This document shows positions 26,458 to 32,488 of a stretch of 32,488 nucleotides of DNA, piece by piece (the stretch's first letter is position 1; the number at the start of each line of letters is the position of its first letter). Origin of the DNA: a virus. Taxonomy: Duplodnaviria > Heunggongvirae > Uroviricota > Caudoviricetes. The stretch lies in IMG/VR virus record IMGVR_UViG_2778261354_000015; one strand, 5' to 3'. The notes under the pieces were generated by a model. That model made no database searches, was not told the DNA's origin, and was given only the letters and a program-made list of their open reading frames with translations. Made by a program: the position numbers and the translations under genes.

Positions 26458-28897
26458 CAATGTAAAATTACAGGTATTGCTCAGGGCTGTTGACCAGGCA
26501 TCCCGCCCGTTTAAATCCATCCGTACAGCGAGTAAGTCGCTGTCGGGGGATATCCGGGAAACACAAAAATCACTGCGCGAGCTGAACGGTCACGCATCCC
26601 GTATTGAGGGATTCCGCAAGACCAGTGCACAGCTCGCCGTGACTGGTCATGCACTTGAAAAGGCACGGCAGGAAGCCGAAGCCCTTGCCACACAGTTTAA
26701 AAACACCGAACGTCCGACCCGTGCTCAGGCGAAAGTGCTGGAATCAGCAAAGCGAGCGGCGGAAGACTTACAGGCGAAATATAACCGCCTGACGGATTCC
26801 GTTAAACGCCAGCAGCGGGAACTGGCCGCTGTGGGAATTAATACCCGCAATCTTGCACATGATGAGCAGGGGCTGAAAAACCGTATCAGTGAAACCACCG
26901 CACAGCTTAACCGTCAGCGCGACGCACTGGCGCGTGTCAGTGCACAACAGGCAAAACTTAACGCAGTCAAACAGCGTTATCAGGCCGGAAAAGAACTGGC
27001 AGGAAATATGGCCTCAGTGGGCGCTGCCGGTGTGGGGATTGCTGCTGCGGGAACGATGGCCGGAGTTAAGCTGCTGATGCCCGGTTATGAGTTTGCGCAG
27101 AAAAACTCAGAATTGCAGGCTGTGCTCGGTGTGGCAAAAGACTCCGCCGAAATGGCTGCACTACGCAAGCAGGCGCGCCAGCTCGGTGACAATACCGCCG
27201 CCTCAGCGGATGATGCGGCCGGTGCGCAGATTATCATTGCGAAAGCGGGTGGAGATGTTGATGCCATTCAGGCGGCAACGCCGGTCACGCTGAACATGGC
27301 GCTGGCGAACCGTCGCACGATGGAAGAAAACGCCGCCCTGCTGATGGGGATGAAATCTGCCTTTCAGCTTTCAAACGATAAGGTCGCTCATATCGGGGAT
27401 GTTCTCTCCATGACGATGAACAAAACCGCCGCTGATTTTGACGGCATGAGCGATGCGCTGACCTATGCCGCACCAGTGGCAAAAAATGCCGGTGTCAGCA
27501 TTGAAGAAACTGCCGCAATGGTCGGGGCGCTGCATGATGCAAAAATCACAGGCTCAATGGCGGGGACGGGAAGCCGTGCCGTGTTAAGTCGCCTGCAGGC
27601 ACCGACTGGAAAAGCATGGGATGCACTCAAAGAGCTTGGCGTGAAAACCTCAGACAGTAAGGGAAACACCCGACCAGTATTTACCATTCTGAAAGAAATG
27701 CAGGCCAGCTTTGAGAAAAACCGGCTCGGTACTGCCCAGCAGGCCGAATACATGAAAACCATTTTCGGGGAGGAGGCCAGCTCAGCCGCCGCTGTGCTGA
27801 TGACTGCCGCGTCAACCGGAAAGCTGGACAAACTGACCGCTGCGTTTAAAGCCTCAGACGGGAAGACCGCAGAGCTGGTAAATATCATGCAGGACAACCT
27901 CGGCGGTGACTTTAAGGAGTTTCAGTCCGCTTATGAGGCGGTGGGGACAGACCTGTTTGACCAGCAGGAAGGCGCACTGCGTAAGCTCACGCAGACGGCC
28001 ACAAAGTATGTGTTAAAACTCGACGGCTGGATCCAGAAAAACAAATCACTGGCGTCAACCATCGGCCTCATTGTCGGTGGTGCACTGGCGCTGACTGCTG
28101 TCATCGGTGCCATTGGCCTCGTAGCCTGGCCGGTTATCACTGGCATCAATGCCATCATCGCGGCAGCAGGCGCAATGGGGGCAATCTTCACGACGGTTGG
28201 CAGTGCTGTTATGACGGCCATCGGGGCGATTAGCTGGCCGGTTGTGGCCGTGGTGGCCGCCATTGTCGCCGGGGCGTTACTTATCCATAAATACTGGGAG
28301 CCTGTCAGCGCATTCTTTGGCGGTGTGGTGGAAGGGCTGAAAGCGGCATTTGCGCCGGTGGGAGAACTGTTCACGCCACTGAAGCCGGTGTTTGACTGGC
28401 TGGGCGAAAAGTTACAGGCCGCGTGGCAGTGGTTTAAAAACCTGATTGCCCCGGTCAAAGCCACACAGGACACCCTGAACCGTTGCCGTGACACGGGCGT
28501 CATGTTCGGGCAGGCACTGGCTGACGCGCTGATGCTGCCGCTTAATGCGTTCAACAAACTGCGCAACGGTATTGACTGGGTACTGGAAAAACTCGGTGTT
28601 ATCAACAAAGAGTCAGACACACTTGACCAGACCGCAGCCAGAACTCATGCCGCCACGTATGGCACCGGTGGTTATATTCCGGCGACCAGCTCTTATGCAG
28701 GCTATCAGGCTTATCAGCCGGTTACGGCACCGGCTGGCCGCTCTTATGTGGACCAGAGTAAAAACGAATATCACATCAACCTGACGGGCGGTACTGCGCC
28801 GGGAACACAGCCTGACCGCCAGTTACAGGATGCGCTCGAAAAATACGAGCGGGATAAACGTGCGCGCGCCCGTGCCAGCATGATGCATGACGGTTAA
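26450..28897 (+). CDS. T: Tail tape measure protein
   Basis: 815 aa with coiled-coil N-terminus and Gly/Ala-rich hydrophobic segments. P2 gpT position and length. Confidence 0.95.
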   Translation: MSNNVKLQVLLRAVDQASRPFKSIRTASKSLSGDIRETQKSLRELNGHASRIEGFRKTSAQLAVTGHALEKARQEAEALATQFKNTERPTRAQAKVLESAKRAAEDLQAKYNRLTDSVKRQQRELAAVGINTRNLAHDEQGLKNRISETTAQLNRQRDALARVSAQQAKLNAVKQRYQAGKELAGNMASVGAAGVGIAAAGTMAGVKLLMPGYEFAQKNSELQAVLGVAKDSAEMAALRKQARQLGDNTAASADDAAGAQIIIAKAGGDVDAIQAATPVTLNMALANRRTMEENAALLMGMKSAFQLSNDKVAHIGDVLSMTMNKTAADFDGMSDALTYAAPVAKNAGVSIEETAAMVGALHDAKITGSMAGTGSRAVLSRLQAPTGKAWDALKELGVKTSDSKGNTRPVFTILKEMQASFEKNRLGTAQQAEYMKTIFGEEASSAAAVLMTAASTGKLDKLTAAFKASDGKTAELVNIMQDNLGGDFKEFQSAYEAVGTDLFDQQEGALRKLTQTATKYVLKLDGWIQKNKSLASTIGLIVGGALALTAVIGAIGLVAWPVITGINAIIAAAGAMGAIFTTVGSAVMTAIGAISWPVVAVVAAIVAGALLIHKYWEPVSAFFGGVVEGLKAAFAPVGELFTPLKPVFDWLGEKLQAAWQWFKNLIAPVKATQDTLNRCRDTGVMFGQALADALMLPLNAFNKLRNGIDWVLEKLGVINKESDTLDQTAARTHAATYGTGGYIPATSSYAGYQAYQPVTAPAGRSYVDQSKNEYHINLTGGTAPGTQPDRQLQDALEKYERDKRARARASMMHDG

Positions 28898-28911
28898 GGA
28901 GGTGACGAAAA

Positions 28912-29391
28912 ATGATGCTCGCGTTAGGTATGTTTGTTTTTATGCGCCAGACGCTGCCACACCAGACCATGCAGCGTGAATCAGATTATCGCTGGCCGTC
29001 AAATTCCCGTATCGGTAAACGGGATGCCTTTCAGTTTCTCGGTGTGGGTGAGGAAAACATGACGCTTGCCGGTGTGCTTTATCCCGAACTGACCGGCGGC
29101 AAGCTGACGATGACCACGCTCAGACTGATGGCAGAGGAAGGCCGGGCGTGGCCGTTGCTGGATGGCACCGGCATGATTTACGGCATGTATGTCATCAGCA
29201 GGGTGAGTGAAACAGGGAGTATTTTCTTTGCAGACGGCACACCCCGGAAAATTGATTTTACGCTGTCGCTCACCCGCGTTGATGAATCACTGGCCGCGCT
29301 TTATGGCGATATCGGTAAACAGGCGGAATCGCTCATCGGTAAGGCTGGCAGTATGGCGACCAGATTCACGGGTATGACGGGGGCGGGATAA
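28912..29391 (+). CDS. U: Tail protein U
   Basis: 159 aa, matches P2 gpU. Confidence 0.93.
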   Translation: MMLALGMFVFMRQTLPHQTMQRESDYRWPSNSRIGKRDAFQFLGVGEENMTLAGVLYPELTGGKLTMTTLRLMAEEGRAWPLLDGTGMIYGMYVISRVSETGSIFFADGTPRKIDFTLSLTRVDESLAALYGDIGKQAESLIGKAGSMATRFTGMTGAG

Positions 29392-30554
29392 TGCTGGATG
29401 CGCTGACATTTGATGCAGGCAGTACGCTGACGCCGGATTACATGCTGATGCTCGACAGCAGGGATATTACCGGCAATATCAGTGACCGTCTGATGAGCAT
29501 GACCCTGACGGATAACCGGGGCTTTGAGGCTGACCAGCTTGATATTGAACTGAACGATGCCGACGGGCAGGTCGGGCTGCCGGTTCGTGGCGCTGTCCTG
29601 ACGGTGTATATCGGCTGGAAAGGTTTTGCCCTGGTATGCAAAGGGAAATTTACCGTTGATGAGGTTGAACACCGGGGCGCACCGGATGTGGTCACCATCC
29701 GCGCCCGGAGTGCAGATTTCCGCGGGACGCTCAATTCCCGCCGGGAAGGCTCCTGGCATGACACCACGCTCGGTGCGATTGTTGAGGCGATAGCCTCCCG
29801 TAACAGGCTGGAGGCCAGTGTCGCTCCGTCACTGGCCGGAATTAAAATCCCGCACATCGACCAGTCGCAGGAGTCTGATGCGAAATTCCTGACCCGTCTT
29901 GCAGAACGCAACGGCGGTGAGGTGTCGGTAAAAATGGGAAAACTGTTGTTTCTCAAAGCGGGGCAGGGGGTGACGGCCAGCGGTAAAAAAATCCCGCAGG
30001 TCACCATCACCCGCAGCGACGGCGACCGTCATCATTTTGCGATTGCTGACCGTGGAGCCTATACCGGCGTTACGGCAAAGTGGTTACACACCAAAGACCC
30101 GAAGCCGCAAAAGCAGAAGGTAAAACTGAAACGCAAAAAGAAAGAGAAACACCTGCGCGCACTGGAGCACCCGAAAGCGAAACCGGTCACGCAGAAGAAA
30201 GAGCCAAAAGTACCGGAAGCGCGCGAAGGTGAATACATGGCCGGTGAGGCTGACAACGTTTTTGCCCTGACCACGGTATATGCCACGAAAGCACAGGCCA
30301 TGCGCGCCGCTCAGGCGAAGTGGGATAAACTGCAACGGGGTGTTGCGGAGTTCTCCATCAGCCTGGCTACTGGTCGGGCAGATATTTACACGGAAACACC
30401 GGTTAAAGTGTCAGGCTTTAAGCGCGTCATAGACGAGCAGGACTGGACCATCACTAAGGTGACACATTGTCTCAATAATAGCGGCTTCACGACGTCCTTG
30501 GAGCTTGAGGTAAGGCTTTCTGATGTGGAGTACGAAACAGAAGATGATGAGTGA
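29391..30554 (+). CDS. D: Tail protein D (baseplate hub / late control D)
   Basis: 387 aa, matches P2 gpD. Confidence 0.93.
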   Translation: MLDALTFDAGSTLTPDYMLMLDSRDITGNISDRLMSMTLTDNRGFEADQLDIELNDADGQVGLPVRGAVLTVYIGWKGFALVCKGKFTVDEVEHRGAPDVVTIRARSADFRGTLNSRREGSWHDTTLGAIVEAIASRNRLEASVAPSLAGIKIPHIDQSQESDAKFLTRLAERNGGEVSVKMGKLLFLKAGQGVTASGKKIPQVTITRSDGDRHHFAIADRGAYTGVTAKWLHTKDPKPQKQKVKLKRKKKEKHLRALEHPKAKPVTQKKEPKVPEAREGEYMAGEADNVFALTTVYATKAQAMRAAQAKWDKLQRGVAEFSISLATGRADIYTETPVKVSGFKRVIDEQDWTITKVTHCLNNSGFTTSLELEVRLSDVEYETEDDE

Positions 30555-30635
30555 TGCGGTTTATTTATCTATTTGTTTTATAAGGGTAAATTAACTAAAA
30601 TGGCACTATCAACAAAACCGGAAGAGGTGCTCGCG

Positions 30636-30854
30636 ATGTTTCATTGTCCTTTATGCCAGCATGCCGCACATGCGCGTACAAGTCGCTATATCACTGACAC
30701 GACAAAAGAGCGTTATCACCAGTGCCAGAACGTGAATTGCAGCGCCACGTTCATCACTTATGAGTCGGTACAGCGATACATCGTAAAGCCGGGAGAAGTC
30801 CACGCCGTAAGGCCGCACCCGTTACCGTCAGGGCAGCAAATTATGTGGATGTAA
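30636..30854 (+). CDS. ogr: Late gene transcriptional activator Ogr (C4 zinc finger, 72 aa)
   Basis: Starts MFHCPLCQHAAHARTSRYI with CxxC ... C..NC cysteines, matching P2 Ogr. The ORF-track start at 30573 is an over-extension. Confidence 0.92.
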   Translation: MFHCPLCQHAAHARTSRYITDTTKERYHQCQNVNCSATFITYESVQRYIVKPGEVHAVRPHPLPSGQQIMWM

Positions 30855-30866
30855 TTACAAACAGAA

Positions 30867-30891
30867 AGCCCCTCAGTCGAGGGGCTTTTTT
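30867..30891 (+). terminator. Rho-independent terminator downstream of ogr
   Basis: Stem agcccctc (30867..30874), loop agtc, stem gaggggct (30879..30886), followed by tttttt. Confidence 0.8.
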
Positions 30892-30954
30892 GTCGATGTG
30901 GTCAATGTGTGGACGTGACCAGAAATAAATCCTTTTATTTCATTGAATTACGCG

Positions 30955-30982
30955 TAAAAAATAAGCCCGTGTAAGGGAGATT
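30955..30982. repeat. attR core (direct repeat copy 2)
   Basis: Identical to 488..515. Overlaps the 3' terminator region of cyaR on the minus strand. Confidence 0.85.
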
Positions 30983-31042
30983 ACACAGGCTAAGGAGGTG
31001 GTTCCTGGTACAGCTAGCATTTTATGGGTTATGTTTTTCAGC
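30956..31042 (-). ncRNA. cyaR: CyaR (RyeE) Hfq-dependent sRNA
   Basis: Minus-strand sequence gctgaaaaacataacccataaaatgctagctgtaccaggaaccacctccttagcctgtgtaatctcccttacacgggcttatttttt matches CyaR as I remember it, including the CCUCCUUA seed-like region and the terminator hairpin plus U-tail. A CRP-like site and -10 element lie upstream. Confidence 0.85.
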
Positions 31043-31076
31043 GAAACGGATGATAACCTTAATAAATGCAGCTGTA

Positions 31077-31092
31077 TGTGATCGGTTTCTAA
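31077..31092 (-). promoter_or_regulatory. Candidate CRP-binding site of the cyaR promoter
   Basis: Plus strand reads TGTGA-tcggtt-TCTAA, a near-consensus CRP dyad centred about 41 bp upstream of the cyaR 5' end. A -10-like element (TTATCA on the minus strand, plus-strand 31051..31056) also lies upstream. CyaR is known to be CRP-activated. Confidence 0.55.
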
Positions 31093-31126
31093 GAATTTTC
31101 CATCCGGGAAAAATAATCGAAATTAA

Positions 31127-32488
31127 TCACTTACCGTGGGGGTTACGCGTGGTTTCCCCGGAGAAATTACGCATCAGCAGCGCGTAATTTAGCTCAAGAT
31201 CCTGCGGCACCGGGAGCCACACAGTATAACCATCGCCTGGTGCGACCGGCATTGCTTCACCTTTGGCGTTTTCCATGTGCTCAAGGGTAAAGTTAATGTT
31301 GCCTTGCGGCGTCATCAGCTCAAGGCTGTCGCCAACGGAGAATTTATTTTTCACCGCTACCGCCGCGAGCTCCCCCTTGCGCTTACCGGTAAACTCACCA
31401 ACAAACTGCTGACGGTCAGAAACCGAATAACCGTATTCGTAGTTCTGATAATCGTCGTGGGTATGACGACGCAGGAAACCTTCGGTATAGCCACGATGCG
31501 CCAGACCTTCCAGAGTTTCCAGCAGGCTGGTATCGAACGGTTTGCCCGCAGCGGCGTCATCGATAGCTTTACGGTAAACCTGCGCGGTGCGTGCGCAATA
31601 GTAGAAAGATTTGGTACGGCCTTCGATTTTCAGCGAATGCACGCCCATTTTGGTCAGGCGTTCAACATGGGCGATGGCGCGCAGATCTTTCGAGTTCATG
31701 ATGTAAGTGCCGTGCTCATCTTCAAACGCGGTCATATACTCGCCCGGACGCTGGGCTTCTTCGATCATAAACACTTTGTCGGTTGGCGCGCCGATACCCA
31801 GCGTCGGCTCAACATTTTGCACCGGAATCGGCTCGTACTTGTGTACGATGTTGCCGACGTCATCTTCTTTCCCTTCCTGGACGTTATACTCCCAGCGGCA
31901 GGCGTTGGTGCAGGTGCCCTGGTTCGGGTCGCGCTTGTTGATATAGCCAGAGAGCAGGCAGCGACCGGAGTAGGCCATGCACAGCGCGCCGTGAACGAAG
32001 ATTTCGATCTCCATATCCGGTACCTGATTGCGGATCTCTGCAATCTCTTCCAGTGACAGTTCGCGAGAGAGGATCACGCGGGTTAGACCCATTTGCTGCC
32101 AGAATTTTACCGTCGCCCAGTTTACGGCGTTAGCCTGTACCGAGAGGTGGATTGGCATTTCCGGGAAGTGCTCACGCACCAGCATAATCAGCCCTGGATC
32201 GGACATAATCAGCGCATCCGGCCCCATTTCCACCACCGGTTTCAGGTCACGGATAAAGGTTTTCAGCTTGGCGTTGTGCGGTGCAATGTTGACCACGACA
32301 TAAAACTTTTTCCCCAGCGCGTGGGCTTCATTGATGCCGAGCTGAAGATTTTCGTGGTTGAATTCGTTGTTGCGCACACGCAGGGAGTAACGCGGCTGGC
32401 CCGCATAAACAGCATCTGCGCCATAAGCGAAAGCGTAACGCATATTTTTCAGCGTTCCCGCCGGGGAAAGGAGTTCCGGTTTAAACAT
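31127..32488 (-). CDS. yegQ: U32-family peptidase-like protein YegQ (RlhA), 453 aa, host gene
   Basis: Complete 453-aa ORF on the minus strand; sequence and length match E. coli YegQ from memory. Neighbour of cyaR and the P2 attachment locus in E. coli. Confidence 0.8.
   Translation of the reverse strand: MFKPELLSPAGTLKNMRYAFAYGADAVYAGQPRYSLRVRNNEFNHENLQLGINEAHALGKKFYVVVNIAPHNAKLKTFIRDLKPVVEMGPDALIMSDPGLIMLVREHFPEMPIHLSVQANAVNWATVKFWQQMGLTRVILSRELSLEEIAEIRNQVPDMEIEIFVHGALCMAYSGRCLLSGYINKRDPNQGTCTNACRWEYNVQEGKEDDVGNIVHKYEPIPVQNVEPTLGIGAPTDKVFMIEEAQRPGEYMTAFEDEHGTYIMNSKDLRAIAHVERLTKMGVHSLKIEGRTKSFYYCARTAQVYRKAIDDAAAGKPFDTSLLETLEGLAHRGYTEGFLRRHTHDDYQNYEYGYSVSDRQQFVGEFTGKRKGELAAVAVKNKFSVGDSLELMTPQGNINFTLEHMENAKGEAMPVAPGDGYTVWLPVPQDLELNYALLMRNFSGETTRNPHGK

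Larger units (their letters stand above)
488..30982. mobile_element. Complete P2-like prophage (Peduovirus-type myovirus) bounded by att core direct repeats
   Basis: Full P2 gene order, from int next to attL through to ogr next to attR. Identical 28-bp direct repeats at 488..515 and 30955..30982. cos site present. No obvious disrupted backbone genes. Confidence 0.93.

Noticed and set aside
27931-28620. 229-aa minus-strand ORF inside the tape measure gene T
   Set aside because: Antisense to a confident 815-aa tape measure ORF. Composition is consistent with a spurious reverse frame.
31277-32056. 259-aa plus-strand ORF antisense to yegQ
   Set aside because: Lies wholly inside the complete 453-aa yegQ ORF on the opposite strand. 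Spurious.
1-32488. CRISPR arrays, tRNA or rRNA genes, IS elements
   Set aside because: No regularly spaced short direct repeats, no tRNA-like cloverleaf candidates and no transposase-like ORFs were seen. The only mobile element supported is the P2-like prophage.

Overview
The window is a complete, apparently intact P2-like temperate myovirus prophage (about 30.5 kb, 488..30982) integrated between a yegR-like lipoprotein gene (1..318) and yegQ (31127..32488, minus strand). It is bounded by a 28-bp direct repeat (488..515 and 30955..30982) that matches the P2 att core as I remember it. The right core copy overlaps the 3' end of the sRNA gene cyaR (30956..31042, minus strand). Gene order is the canonical P2 prophage order: int, C, cox, orf78, B, orf80-83, A, [cargo 1], cos, Q, P, O, N, M, L, X, Y, K, lysA, lysB/lysC, R, S, V, W, J, I, H, G, [cargo 2], FI, FII, E/E', T, U, D, ogr. 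The backbone proteins look nearly identical to P2, so the novelty lies in the two variable cargo slots. Cargo 1 (6661..7620) replaces tin/old with a single AT-rich gene whose N-terminus has a TIR-like fold signature with a W-x3-E catalytic-type motif. Cargo 2 (22651..23993) replaces Z/fun with an AT-rich two-gene operon that has its own sigma70-like promoter and intrinsic terminator; the first protein carries an HExxH motif and the second is small and cysteine-rich. Both are candidate uncharacterised anti-phage or abortive-infection cargo, with cargo 2 the best candidate for an undescribed system. All calls come from reading the sequence and from remembered P2 biology; no database search or computation was run, and GC differences were judged by eye.
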